Shown here: one piece after another, positions 9,421-19,817 of the stretch
Position numbering within the stretch: the first letter of the stretch is position 1
Layout of the letters: every line of letters starts with the position of its first letter
Virus record (IMG/VR): IMGVR_UViG_3300042261_002385
Location: 372,001-436,000 of that record
Length of the DNA stretch: 64,000 nt
Direction: 5' to 3' (one strand)
The notes under the pieces: generated by a model
The model's database searches: none
Seen by the model: only the letters and a program-made list of their open reading frames with translations
Told to the model about the DNA's origin: nothing
Position numbers and translations under genes: made by a program

Positions 9421-10398
9421 ATGGCAAATGATCCAAAAACAATTATAGAAGAATGGGGAGTTGATCCACTTGAAGGAGTTCAATTAAATGAAGTTCAACA
9501 AACAATAGTTGATGAGGCATTAGGAAATGCCACTTCATTCAGAAATGATAAAGTGGTAAGTGATGAACTTGAAAATAAATATTCTAGTTTATTCAGTCAA
9601 TGTGATAGTGTAATTAAATCATTGGATGAAACATCTCTTAAAAGACTTCTTAGAAATGTTTATATAAATGAAAATCCAAAGTGGCACCCTGAGAGAAACT
9701 CACTTGTTCATATTAAAATCGTTATGTCACGAGGAATTCAAACTGGAGATGATGACCTTATTCAAGCAGCACTTTATCACGACATTTCTAAATTTGATAC
9801 TGTTTCATTTAACAAACAGGGATGGCCAACATCACTTGGGCATGACAAAGCAGGAGCTGATGTTGCTATGTCAGATGGTGCAAATGAAGTAGTTGTTTAT
9901 GTTTGTGCTAAACATATGGTCATTAAGGGTTGGCAGGGAGCTTCAGAAGGTGGTGAATTAAATCCATCAACTAAGTTTAAGATATTTGCAGATGCTCCAG
10001 GAGCAGACAATAATGAAAAAGCAAAATCATTTTGGAAACTTTGTGTGTTTTCTAAAATGGATAATATGGGAAATGATTTCAACTATGAAAACTTAAGATG
10101 GGATAATCCAAACTATGATAATTGGGATGAAGAGTGTCCTTTAAGAGATCAATTTAAGAAAGCAGAACTAGTTGAGATTAAAGTGGAAAAACCAAAACCT
10201 CCTTTCTCTGCTCAAGAGATTATGGCATTTGGAGTTCAACCAGGTCCAATGATGGGTAAAGTTATTGGAGCTACTACTGGAAAAACTAGAGAAGAGGCTT
10301 TAGAAATTATTAAACAAATGACTGGTAATCCGAATTTGACTATGGAATCTAAAAGATGGATTAGGACATTTGAGAGTTTTAGAAATAAATTAAGATAG
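9421..10398 (+). CDS. HD-domain phosphohydrolase resembling the HD/tail region of CCA-adding enzymes
   Basis: WHPERNSLVH, AALYHDISK, GHDKAG, GVQPGPMMGKVI; C-terminal KRWIRTFESF. Confidence 0.7.
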   Translation: MANDPKTIIEEWGVDPLEGVQLNEVQQTIVDEALGNATSFRNDKVVSDELENKYSSLFSQCDSVIKSLDETSLKRLLRNVYINENPKWHPERNSLVHIKIVMSRGIQTGDDDLIQAALYHDISKFDTVSFNKQGWPTSLGHDKAGADVAMSDGANEVVVYVCAKHMVIKGWQGASEGGELNPSTKFKIFADAPGADNNEKAKSFWKLCVFSKMDNMGNDFNYENLRWDNPNYDNWDEECPLRDQFKKAELVEIKVEKPKPPFSAQEIMAFGVQPGPMMGKVIGATTGKTREEALEIIKQMTGNPNLTMESKRWIRTFESFRNKLR

Positions 10399-10695
10399 TA
10401 TTTCTTCTAATTTTAACTCTCTAATTTTTTGTAAGTCTAATTTCAATGTTTCAATTGATGAATACTTAAAATGTTTTCCACCGTCATAAGACCAACAATC
10501 TAAAGTTGATACAACTCTATTCCAGTCAAGTGGTTTAACTAAAACCACCTGTTGATTTTGATTATAAATAAGCTGAAAAGCATAAACACCTTCTTTTATA
10601 TAATTAAGTATTTCAGATGTTTTTTCATCGGAAAATCGTAAATTATACTTTACTTTATGGTAATTTAACTCAGCTTTTATATAAACTTCAATCAT
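10390..10695 (-). CDS. C-tagged hypothetical protein (IRELKLEEILS)
   Basis: ORF track; probable ATG at 10695. Confidence 0.65.
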   Translation of the reverse strand: MIEVYIKAELNYHKVKYNLRFSDEKTSEILNYIKEGVYAFQLIYNQNQQVVLVKPLDWNRVVSTLDCWSYDGGKHFKYSSIETLKLDLQKIRELKLEEILS

Positions 10696-10913
10696 AATCC
10701 TAAACACTTTAATTTATTATCTCTCGCTTTTGATTTAGTGGTAAATAATTCCTTTCTATAATTACCAGTGATATCTAAATCATTAACAATTGTATAATGT
10801 CCTGTAACAATTCTTAGATAAACATATTTCTTCCCTTTAGTTAGGACTTTAACTTTTTGACCATTATAAACATTTTGATATCGGTCTTTAATAGCAATTA
10901 CATAATCCTTCAT
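10692..10913 (-). CDS. C-tagged small beta-rich protein (ARDNKLKCLGL)
   Basis: LTKGKKYV motif. Confidence 0.65.
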   Translation of the reverse strand: MKDYVIAIKDRYQNVYNGQKVKVLTKGKKYVYLRIVTGHYTIVNDLDITGNYRKELFTTKSKARDNKLKCLGL

Positions 10914-10946
10914 ATTCCTATTTTATTTTTTCAATTGGCATTGGAG

Positions 10947-11192
10947 CTACAGAAATATCTCATCTAACATTTTTTGCCTCCAAACATCTAAAGTAACAAA
11001 GTTCTTTGTTGGAAACCAATCCATCTTACTAAATCCTTCTAAGTTTAAGTAATTTTTATCCCATTCTACAGCATCGAAAAAAACAAGACTTGCTTCATAT
11101 ACTTTACCATATTCTAATGGCTCTTCTAATTTTAGAATTGGATCTCCACTTAACTTATTTGTAAAGTTAGCATCTATACAAACTACTTTCAT
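10947..11192 (-). CDS. C-tagged small beta-rich protein (WRQKMLDEIFL)
   Basis: MKVVCID..LEYGKVYE pattern. Confidence 0.65.
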   Translation of the reverse strand: MKVVCIDANFTNKLSGDPILKLEEPLEYGKVYEASLVFFDAVEWDKNYLNLEGFSKMDWFPTKNFVTLDVWRQKMLDEIFL

Positions 11193-11710
11193 ATTCCTAA
11201 ATCATCTAATTTACTATCTCTTAAAAACTCTTTGATAAGTAAGTTCAATTCATATTTTCCATCAACACAATCTCTTTCTAGAATCTTAATTGGTCTAATT
11301 TCTATTGTGTGAGTTCTATCAATTCTTTTATCAGAACCCCAATCGGATAACTGTGAATTTTTATTTTTGGATAGAATATCAAAAGTCATAAGTCTAATTG
11401 ACCTCATCTTTTTTGATGTAACTATTTTTGTTTTAAAGTAATCCGATTTCTCAAAAGTAATCTCAACTATGAAGTGAAACTTATCAGTGACTTCTGATAA
11501 GTTTGATGGCATAGTTTTATAAAACTGAGGCTGTTCAATATGAGAATAAGTAATGACTCCGCCACTTTCTGAAACTGCGACATCATCAATTGTGAAAAAA
11601 TCATCACTGGTCATTTCGAAAAAATTCTTTTGCTCAGGAAGCCAACTTAAAAAGATTAGACTTTTAGTTTCCTTATTAAATGAGTTTGATATATTGTAGT
11701 CAATTTTCAT
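11189..11710 (-). CDS. C-tagged hypothetical protein (LRDSKLDDLGI)
   Basis: ORF track. Confidence 0.7.
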   Translation of the reverse strand: MKIDYNISNSFNKETKSLIFLSWLPEQKNFFEMTSDDFFTIDDVAVSESGGVITYSHIEQPQFYKTMPSNLSEVTDKFHFIVEITFEKSDYFKTKIVTSKKMRSIRLMTFDILSKNKNSQLSDWGSDKRIDRTHTIEIRPIKILERDCVDGKYELNLLIKEFLRDSKLDDLGI

Positions 11711-11828
11711 TAAATATCCTTTTAATTTTTTGCACTCTAACTGTTTTTTTGAATCTAAAGTATTTCAATGGAACACCAGAACCCTGTAACAACCTTTCAT
11801 AGAAATATTTTAACTCAGACCTATTCAC
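11700..11828 (-). CDS. 42-aa ORF with C-tag variant (VRVQKIKRIFNEN)
   Basis: Manual translation from GTG; overlaps both neighbouring genes. Confidence 0.5.
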   Translation of the reverse strand: MNRSELKYFYERLLQGSGVPLKYFRFKKTVRVQKIKRIFNEN

Positions 11829-12162
11829 CTTTAATAATTTTGATGAGTTGATTATTAGCCATACCGGTTCCGATAAAATATTCTAAAGCTGTGTAGATGT
11901 TTTTACTGTGGTCTCTATATGAATTCTGAATTCTTAACTCACTTATATCACACTCTAAAACCGGCTTGTCAGAGGTCACATTTAACATCGAACATCTTTG
12001 ATGTAAATCTATGACTCTTTTTGTATAACCAATTGATATAATTCTATCATAAAAATTGACATCATTAAACTCTTCGGTTAATCTACTATCAATGTGACCA
12101 TAATACTTTAACCACTCGGCTTCTGTTTTGGCACACTTCCACATTTTTTCTAAATCTAACAT
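11821..12162 (-). CDS. Hypothetical protein
   Basis: ORF track; probable ATG at 12162. Confidence 0.6.
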   Translation of the reverse strand: MLDLEKMWKCAKTEAEWLKYYGHIDSRLTEEFNDVNFYDRIISIGYTKRVIDLHQRCSMLNVTSDKPVLECDISELRIQNSYRDHSKNIYTALEYFIGTGMANNQLIKIIKGE

Positions 12163-12287
12163 ACCCAATATTGATACTCATTTTCGTCTCTAAGGACTTC
12201 ATTTATTTTTAATTCACGCTCAAATCTTATAACAGAAGCTAAAATGTCATTATACATTAATACTCTACTATTTGCTATAATCCTCAT
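12156..12287 (-). CDS. 43-aa ORF containing C-tag (ERELKINEVL)
   Basis: Manual translation; directly after TATATTTG promoter 12295-12302 (-). Confidence 0.55.
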   Translation of the reverse strand: MRIIANSRVLMYNDILASVIRFERELKINEVLRDENEYQYWVC

Positions 12288-12325
12288 ATTACGCCAAATA
12301 TAATAAAAATTTTAATATATACAAT

Positions 12326-12850
12326 GTGAAACACTTAAAAAGATTTAATGAGAATATAACTTCTGATAATAGAACTGAAAGATTTCAGTCTATGATGGAT
12401 CTTGTGAAAGCCTTTGAGAAGGGAAAAATTACACCACCAACTGAAGATGTTCCAATAAGTCATGTCTATAAAGGTATAGTTATCAAAACGGTAAATAAAA
12501 TTGATACAACTGGTTTAGGTGGAAGACTCGGATCTCCTGACACCGAGCTTTCTGGAGTTGAAGTCTATAATGATATTGCTGAAGATTGGTTTAGAAGAAC
12601 ACTAGATGTTGAAAGTAAAAACTATCAAACAAACTGGATTTATATAGGTCAAAATTTTCGCTCTGGTCAATTTAGTCTCTGTTTCTACGAAAGTGAAAGT
12701 GGAGTGAAACAAAGAGTATCGGCTAATTATGGTGTTGATTTTCACGACCATTTAATACTTAACTACAATGATGTAAATCATGCTGAATTAGAAAACCTAC
12801 TAAGTCAATTCGGAGTTGAAGTAGATGAAATGTGGGGAATTCCAAGATAA
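12326..12850 (+). CDS. N-tagged hypothetical protein (MKHLKRFNE)
   Basis: GTG start just after AATATATA 12314-12321. Confidence 0.7.
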   Translation: MKHLKRFNENITSDNRTERFQSMMDLVKAFEKGKITPPTEDVPISHVYKGIVIKTVNKIDTTGLGGRLGSPDTELSGVEVYNDIAEDWFRRTLDVESKNYQTNWIYIGQNFRSGQFSLCFYESESGVKQRVSANYGVDFHDHLILNYNDVNHAELENLLSQFGVEVDEMWGIPR

Positions 12851-12853
12851 TTT

Positions 12854-13729
12854 TTATTCAACTTTTATTGAATTAAAAAATGATTTCCAATCCATCCAAC
12901 CTCTTCCAACATAATGAACATTTGGGTTAGTTGGTATGTTATCAGGAAAATCTTTTCTAATAGTTTTCCAGTGTCTATGACTTGTAATTTCAGTATAATT
13001 CTCAGATAACCATTTTACACAATCATCATAGTTTAGAAAACACTTTTTTTGATTTTGCACCCTATCATTTGATAAGAAATCTGACCAAGATATCCATCCT
13101 CTATTTTTATAATATCTTTCTGGTCTTCTCGGTAAAAAACTTGGAACCTCAATTTTTTTCCACTCAGCTAAGTTTTCTAAAATAATTTTATTTTCTTTTA
13201 TCCAATTTTTAGCTTCATCATATGATAAGTAGCTAATCTTTTTATTATCTTGTATTCTGTTTGTTCCTAAAAAATCTCCCCATGAAATCCATCCTCTATT
13301 TAGATAAACCTCTCTTGGATTTCTGGATATGAATTCGGGTAAGTCTTTTATTTTATACCATTCACTTTTGCTATTCACTGATAGGTTTTCTGAGACCCAT
13401 TTTTTACAATCATCATATGAAATTTCATATTTAATAGTTCCTCCTCCTTTACCACCTTTAGATGTATTGACTAGATTATCAAACTGAGTTATCCAATACT
13501 GTTCTCTTTCCGACCATATATTATCATCAATTTCTTCTAAAATTTTATAACCTATTTTTTTGTTTTCAGATAGTAGCTTTTTTATCCAACAATTCTTATG
13601 TGTCTTACTATTATTTCTCTGATAGATATGTCTTTTTAAACGGTTAGCTGGATTGTCAGCTTTACCGACATATCTAATGATTTCATCATCCTCAGAATAT
13701 AATCCATAGATAAATGTTTTTTTATCCAT
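12854..13729 (-). mobile_element. Free-standing GIY-YIG homing endonuclease with three C-terminal repeats
   Basis: FIYGLY..IRYVGKA..RLKRH..E..N; repeats P..YxxRGW(I/M)xWxxF x3. Confidence 0.8.
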
Positions 13730-13809
13730 ATAAACTTTTTCTTTTATATATTATAAAACACATAGTCCCTATTCTGGGGTATTTGTAAAAACAACTAAAA
13801 TTAAAAATT

Positions 13810-14535
13810 ATGAAAAGTGAAACAGAATTTAAGAAATTTGCACTAAGTGAGGGTTTATCATCAATGGACCTACACTATCACCAACAACAAATTGAGGCTT
13901 CTATGACACCTTATATTCTTGAAGAAAGAGAAATGAGGGTCACACAAATGGATGTATTCAGTAGATTACTAAGAGATAGAATTATTTGGATATCAGGAGT
14001 TGTAGATCAAAGAATGTGTGATGTCACTCAAGCACAGCTTATGTTTTTAGATTCAACAGAAAAGAAAGATATCACACTTCATATAAATTCACCAGGTGGT
14101 TCCGTTTTACATGGTTTAGGAATTATTGATGTTATGAACTATATCAACTCAGATATCCAAACAATCAATACAGGAATGGCAGCATCTATGGGTTCTGTTC
14201 TACTTTCATCTGGAACAAAAGGAAAACGATCATCACTTCTACATTCAAGAGTTATGACACACCAAGTCAGTCACGGAATGCAAGGAAATATTCAAGATAC
14301 AACTATTTCTCACATTGAAGGACACAAATACAACTATATCTTATTTAAGATTTTGGCTGACAACTGTGGAAAATCTTTTGAAGAAATGATTGAGTCTTCT
14401 CGTCGTGACAAATGGTTTAACTCACATGAAGCACTCCAGTTTGGATTGATTGATGAGGTTATCGGTGATAACTCTATGGATAAAATGTTAGTTGGATTTG
14501 ATGACTATTATAACAGAGAAGTTTTATCAAAATAA
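13810..14535 (+). CDS. clpP: ATP-dependent Clp protease proteolytic subunit
   Basis: MDVFSRLLRDRII, INSPGGSV, MAASMGS (Ser), MTHQ (His), RDKWF (Asp). Confidence 0.95.
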   Translation: MKSETEFKKFALSEGLSSMDLHYHQQQIEASMTPYILEEREMRVTQMDVFSRLLRDRIIWISGVVDQRMCDVTQAQLMFLDSTEKKDITLHINSPGGSVLHGLGIIDVMNYINSDIQTINTGMAASMGSVLLSSGTKGKRSSLLHSRVMTHQVSHGMQGNIQDTTISHIEGHKYNYILFKILADNCGKSFEEMIESSRRDKWFNSHEALQFGLIDEVIGDNSMDKMLVGFDDYYNREVLSK

Positions 14536-14556
14536 TAAATAAGAAAAAACAACATT

Positions 14557-14925
14557 ATGAAAAATTTAATTTTAACTTTTATCTTTAGTTTAATCTCATT
14601 GATTTCTTTCTCACAGTCACAAATTGACTTTGTTGAACTAACACACGATTTCGGTAGAATTGAGTTCAAAGGTGATACATTAGTGACTCAATTCTGGTTT
14701 AAAAATAGAGGAACTTCAACACTAGAAATAATTGACGCAAAAGGTTCTTGTGGTTGCACAATAGCTGATTTTCCAAAAGAAGTTCCAGTGGGGACCGGAG
14801 GTTCAATCACTGTTAAGTATTATAGTGCTAACGAAGGTTTCATAAACAAAAGTGTAACTGTCACTACAAACGATCCAAACAATCCAGTTGTAGTTTTGCG
14901 AATCAAAGGTGAAACCTATAAATAA
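14557..14925 (+). CDS. DUF1573 Ig-like secreted protein
   Basis: Signal peptide; HDFG..F.FKN.G..LEI..SCGCT..VTTNDP. Confidence 0.85.
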   Translation: MKNLILTFIFSLISLISFSQSQIDFVELTHDFGRIEFKGDTLVTQFWFKNRGTSTLEIIDAKGSCGCTIADFPKEVPVGTGGSITVKYYSANEGFINKSVTVTTNDPNNPVVVLRIKGETYK

Positions 14926-14931
14926 ATATAA

Positions 14932-16737
14932 ATGTCAAATTGGACTTTAATTAAAAGAATCTGGGAATTCGCTTACCCTTTTAGAAAAACTATTGGAGTA
15001 ATTTTCTTATGTATTCTTTTTACAGCCATCATTGATGGAATCAATACTTATTTTTTAAGTAATATTTTTGATATCATTCAGAAACACTCAAACGATCCAA
15101 ATTATATGAATGCAGCTCTTCTATCAGCTGCATTGGCTGGAATAGGAGTATTTGTAAGAATTCTTATTTCAAGATATCAAGGTAATCTTGAAATAAGAAA
15201 ACTTGATATAACTGCCTCAAACCATTTAAATCATTTTTCAATTGCAAAATATTTTGGATTTTCTAATGGTCAACACATCAATGAACACTCCGGAGTTAAA
15301 CAAAATATAATTACATCTGGTTTTCAATCAGTTCAAGGTCAAATTCAGCTTTTTGTTTATCACTTACTTCCAGCAGTTGCTAACTTTATAGTTTCAATTG
15401 TGATGTTGTTTTATATTAGCTCCTACATAGGATTCGCTTACTTAGGTGTGTCTTTTATTTTTCTTTGGTCGATATATAAGTTCAATACTTATCTTCAACC
15501 AAAATTGAGAGAAGTAAGAGACGCTAGAAATCAAACAGCTAGAACAATTTCTGAATTGTATCGATTTGTATTTTTAATTAAAAATGAAGTAGCTGAAAAG
15601 AAATCCTTAAATGATTTGGATGATGTTCAAGATGCGCATCAACAGGCCTATGAAAAGACTTGGCTACCTGGAAATAATTGGTTGACCATCATTCGATTAT
15701 CAACTGCTGGATTTAGATACTTAACCATACTTTTTGCAGTTTGGTTGTTATTTAATGGTTTTATAACTGCAGGTGCTATCTTCTTAATCTTTACCTGGTC
15801 TCAAAACTTCATAACGTCTCTTTGGATGATAACTGATATGCAAAAACAATTTATAACAGATAAAATTAACATTGAAAAGTATTTTGAAATTTTAGAAATC
15901 AAGCCTGACGTTCAAGAAGTTGAGACTCCAATAAGTTCAGATTTAATAGGAGATATTGAGTTTAGAAATGTCGAGTTCAGTTATCCACAAAGAAAAAAAT
16001 CACATAGTGATAAATTAGAAGATGAACTTCAATCAGAAATGGTTTTGAAAGGACTAACATTTACAATTAAAGAAGGTGAAAAAGTTGCCTTTGTCGGTGA
16101 AAGTGGTTCGGGTAAATCTACAATTGCGAATCTTGTAAGAAGAGCATTCGATCCACAAAATGGTGAAATTTTAGTAAATGGTAATAATCTTAAAGAATTA
16201 GAACTAAAATCATTTCTTAGAAAAATTGGAAGCGTAGACCAAGAGGTAAATCTCTTTGATAAGAGTATTCGAGAAAACATTTCTTATGGAACAGAAAGAC
16301 TACTAACCGATGAGGAGTTAAATAACATATCAAAGATGGCTCGTATTGATTCATTTTACAAAAAACTAGAACATGGTTGGGACACTATTGTTGGTGAACG
16401 TGGAGCTAAAGTATCAGGCGGTGAAAAACAAAGAATTGGTATCGCAAGAGCATTGGCTAAGAATCCAGAAATACTTATCTTTGATGAGGCGACTTCTGCA
16501 CTTGACACTGTAAGTGAAAGAGTGGTTCAAAAATCAATCGATGCTGTTAGTAAAGGAAAAACTTCTATAATCATCGCACACCGTCTTTCAACTGTAAAAA
16601 ACTGCGACAAGATATTTGTATTAAAACAGGGAGTATTATTAGCTGAAGGAACACATGAGCAACTTTTAGAAAGTTGCGAATATTATAAAGAATTAGTAAA
16701 ACATCAATTAACAAATAAACCAACAGAAAATGTATAA
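14932..16737 (+). CDS. ABC exporter half-transporter (TMD+NBD, MsbA-like)
   Basis: Hydrophobic N-half; GESGSGKST, VSGGEKQR, ILIFDEATSALD, IAHRLST. Confidence 0.93.
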   Translation: MSNWTLIKRIWEFAYPFRKTIGVIFLCILFTAIIDGINTYFLSNIFDIIQKHSNDPNYMNAALLSAALAGIGVFVRILISRYQGNLEIRKLDITASNHLNHFSIAKYFGFSNGQHINEHSGVKQNIITSGFQSVQGQIQLFVYHLLPAVANFIVSIVMLFYISSYIGFAYLGVSFIFLWSIYKFNTYLQPKLREVRDARNQTARTISELYRFVFLIKNEVAEKKSLNDLDDVQDAHQQAYEKTWLPGNNWLTIIRLSTAGFRYLTILFAVWLLFNGFITAGAIFLIFTWSQNFITSLWMITDMQKQFITDKINIEKYFEILEIKPDVQEVETPISSDLIGDIEFRNVEFSYPQRKKSHSDKLEDELQSEMVLKGLTFTIKEGEKVAFVGESGSGKSTIANLVRRAFDPQNGEILVNGNNLKELELKSFLRKIGSVDQEVNLFDKSIRENISYGTERLLTDEELNNISKMARIDSFYKKLEHGWDTIVGERGAKVSGGEKQRIGIARALAKNPEILIFDEATSALDTVSERVVQKSIDAVSKGKTSIIIAHRLSTVKNCDKIFVLKQGVLLAEGTHEQLLESCEYYKELVKHQLTNKPTENV

Positions 16738-17158
16738 AGCTTATATTGTAATGAAAAAAGGTTATGAATATGATGATAATATTTATAACGAAACAGAAGG
16801 TGGAACTCCTAAAACAGTTTGTTTCACAAAAGATGATGCGATTAAAAAGGCAAAAGAGCTGAATATAAAAGAATATCAAACAAGTTCCATAACAGAATTT
16901 TCTTATGAGTATGAAGACTGTATAAATGTTGAATGGGATATATTTGAGAAATTCAATCAGTCTTTAGTTGAAAAGTATGGTAAAATTCAATCAAAATATA
17001 CCTGGGACAATACAGAAAATAGACTTCATCCTGAAGCTAATCAGGATGAAATAAACGAATATTGTAAAATGGTTACAGTTTCATTTTATGATGTAGTTGA
17101 GGTAGATGTTGATATGTCAAGTTGGAGGGATAATCAACTAAATCAAATTATAGACTAA
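16730..17158 (+). CDS. C-tagged hypothetical protein (WRDNQLNQIID)
   Basis: Last gene of the clpP operon; terminator follows. Confidence 0.7.
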   Translation: MYKAYIVMKKGYEYDDNIYNETEGGTPKTVCFTKDDAIKKAKELNIKEYQTSSITEFSYEYEDCINVEWDIFEKFNQSLVEKYGKIQSKYTWDNTENRLHPEANQDEINEYCKMVTVSFYDVVEVDVDMSSWRDNQLNQIID

Positions 17159-17182
17159 CCACTTATGAAAGTGGTTTTTTTA
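17157..17182 (+). terminator. Intrinsic terminator
   Basis: aaccactt-atga-aagtggtt + T-run. Confidence 0.8.
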
Positions 17183-17210
17183 TTTTAATATATAAAAGAA
17201 AAAGTTATCT

Positions 17211-17627
17211 ATGGATAATTATAATACTAATTCTAAAGTAAGAAATTTTGGTGATTTCTGTAACAACTGGAAAGCTGAAAAAGAAAAACTTAAAACGGTT
17301 AAAAGAAGTTTTCAACCTAATTCTGATAGACAAAATCATACTACTAATACTAGAAACGAGTTTAATCCGATCACTAGAAAAATCACAGCTTACACTGAGG
17401 ATGAAGTAGAAGATACTTTAGATAACATGGCAGAAATCGAAAAAATGGAAGAAAAAAAGTCTGAAAAAGCTGAATCATTAGAAGACTGCCCATCATATTC
17501 AGAATTTAACAAAGCAATTTCAGAACTTAAAAAAGTCACAAAAAAAATCCATTCTGAATTGAAAAGAGGAACCAAAGGTGAAATTGATGATTATATCGAA
17601 AAGAAAATTTTTGGAAGAGATGTTTAA
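17211..17627 (+). CDS. Hypothetical charged protein (tag-like KVRNFGDF near N-terminus)
   Basis: AATATATA 17187-17194. Confidence 0.65.
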   Translation: MDNYNTNSKVRNFGDFCNNWKAEKEKLKTVKRSFQPNSDRQNHTTNTRNEFNPITRKITAYTEDEVEDTLDNMAEIEKMEEKKSEKAESLEDCPSYSEFNKAISELKKVTKKIHSELKRGTKGEIDDYIEKKIFGRDV

Positions 17628-17656
17628 ACATCTCTTTTTTATTTAAAACATTTCCT

Positions 17657-17664
17657 TATATTTG
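17657..17664 (+). promoter_or_regulatory. Bacteroidota sigma-A -7 element TAnnTTTG (representative)
   Basis: Also at 18366, 19522, 21031, 23550, 24420, 39466, 43806, 44047, 47067, 47828, 49097, 49282, 56406, 62621 (+) and 6475, 12295, 39401 (-); nearly all just upstream of a start codon. Confidence 0.85.
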
Positions 17665-18770
17665 TATAAAATATAAGATGATGAATAAACTAATTAACAA
17701 GTTCAAAAATTATTTCAATCCTGAAATCAAAGGAGAAGATTTCATCGTAGGTGTAAAGACCTTACATCCAAAAGAAAAATCAAATCCAAAATTCAACTCA
17801 ATGACCACAGGTGATAGAAAAAGATTTTTTGATAATTATAACCAAAATCTTCTTAATCGCATCTCGGATATAAAATCAAAAAATTCATAATGTTATTGAT
17901 AATCTTTTCAATATTCGCAATTGTTACCGCCATTCTTATCATCACACTAGTAGCCTCTCTATGGATACACAAAAACAAACGCGGTTCTAAAATTTGGAAC
18001 TTTGTAAATAAACACATCATCACAGATGAAGATGAATATTTAAAAAATAAATAGTTTTTATGGAAATGATAAAATTCGAACTTCCTGAAATTCTATGGAA
18101 AGTCACCAGAGCTTATTTAACAAATGGAGTACCCACCCACTATTTGTTTGAAATCTTATCGAAAGAAAAAAGTTATTACTTTAAAGATCATAATTTAGCA
18201 CAGGAATTTTGTGACTCATTCGCTGATGAAGAAATAATCGAACCAGTTGAGGTTGCTAAATTTAATAATGAAAATATAGTTTATAATTTAAAAGTAGTTG
18301 CTTATATTGAAAGAATTGAGACGAAAAATATTATCCCAAAAGTTTTTGATTTATAAATTTTTTATTATCTTTGTATAAATAAAAAATCACTACAAAATGG
18401 ACCAACAAAAAGTTAAAGACCACTTAAAAATTACAGGTATCGTAGCCGCAATTGTTTTCATCGGATTCAGTTATATAGTTGGATCTTTCAACCACTCAGT
18501 AGCAACTGAAGATGATAGAGGAATGGCACTAATAATTTTTGCACTCGCTGCTATCATTCTAAATATGATGTATTACGAGTCTTACACTGAAAAGAAAAAA
18601 GAAATTAAAGATAAAGAAAATGAAAATTGGTAAAATGACAATCACTGAGGCTTATCATTACCTCAAACCTATAGCGAATAATCATGGACTAAATTTAAAT
18701 CGTGCCAAAGAATTTAAACTGGCCAGATTAATTTTAGTAAACCTTTATTGCCACAATTAATATAATCGTT

Positions 18771-19106
18771 ATGAGAGTTTATAAGATTAGTACTAATTTG
18801 ACTAATGAGCAAAATAAAGAACTTGTTAAAAACATCGCTGAAGAAGATGCTAATTTTTTAGCAACATTAGATATTAAAGTATCAGTCGATCTTTTAGATG
18901 AAGAGGATAAATTAACCACTGTTATGGTCACTAACATCATCACAGTTGAAAAACTTAAAACATTTTTCAATAAAGCAAATATAGAATACGATGTTGAAGA
19001 TATTACAGAATATTTTTCAACTGAAGAAGATGAAGATGTTTTAACTCCAATTCTTGAAGAATTGACAACCGAAGACATTCTTAAAACATTCGGGGTAGAA
19101 ATATAA
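18771..19106 (+). CDS. Acidic hypothetical protein
   Basis: ORF track. Confidence 0.65.
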   Translation: MRVYKISTNLTNEQNKELVKNIAEEDANFLATLDIKVSVDLLDEEDKLTTVMVTNIITVEKLKTFFNKANIEYDVEDITEYFSTEEDEDVLTPILEELTTEDILKTFGVEI

Positions 19107-19111
19107 ATCCA

Positions 19112-19510
19112 ATGAAAGTAAGCTTTGATTTTGACGGGACACTGTCTCGAAAAGATGTGCAAAATTTCGCAACGACTCTTGTTCAGAGTGGTGTCGAAGT
19201 TTGGATTGTAACATCAAGAATAGCTACAGAACCGGCTTTGAAAAAAGGTTGGCATTGGATCGAAAGACAAAACCAAGAACTATATGATGTCGCTGAAAAA
19301 GTTGGAGTTAAAAAAGAAAATATTGTTTTCACAGAATTTGTTGATAAAATAAAATTTTTAAAAGATAAAAGTTTTATATTTCATATTGATGATGATGTCG
19401 ATGAGCTTATGGCTATTTTAGATTCTAAAGACAGCTGTAAGGCTGTAAATGTTGAACACTCAGAATGGAAACAAACTTGTGAAAATACTTTAAAAAATTT
19501 TGGTAAATAA
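19112..19510 (+). CDS. HAD-superfamily hydrolase
   Basis: SFDFDGTL (motif I), IVTSR (II), K, HIDDD (IV). Confidence 0.8.
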   Translation: MKVSFDFDGTLSRKDVQNFATTLVQSGVEVWIVTSRIATEPALKKGWHWIERQNQELYDVAEKVGVKKENIVFTEFVDKIKFLKDKSFIFHIDDDVDELMAILDSKDSCKAVNVEHSEWKQTCENTLKNFGK

Positions 19511-19561
19511 AAAAATATTTATATCTTTGTATCATTATTAATCACTTAAAACTTATAAAAA

Positions 19562-19777
19562 ATGGCAATTAAAAAAAATGCAGGAAAAGTAATCGGTCAG
19601 GTTGAAGGACTTAAAATTCGTCAAATCGATCAAACCGCTACCGTCAAAGGTAAAACAGTTACTAAGTCAACTCAAATTGGAATCTTTCGTGGTAAAAATG
19701 TGGTTGAAACTGGTTTTAAAAATCGAGAAACTGCACTTATACGAGCTAAAGAGATTAAATCACAAATCGTTAAATAA
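19562..19777 (+). CDS. Small basic protein with own host-type promoter and terminator
   Basis: TATCTTTG 19522; hairpin aggagac-attta-gtctcct + T-run at about 19784-19808. Confidence 0.7.
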   Translation: MAIKKNAGKVIGQVEGLKIRQIDQTATVKGKTVTKSTQIGIFRGKNVVETGFKNRETALIRAKEIKSQIVK

Positions 19778-19817
19778 CATCACAGGAGACATTTAGTCTC
19801 CTTTTTTTATATACTAT

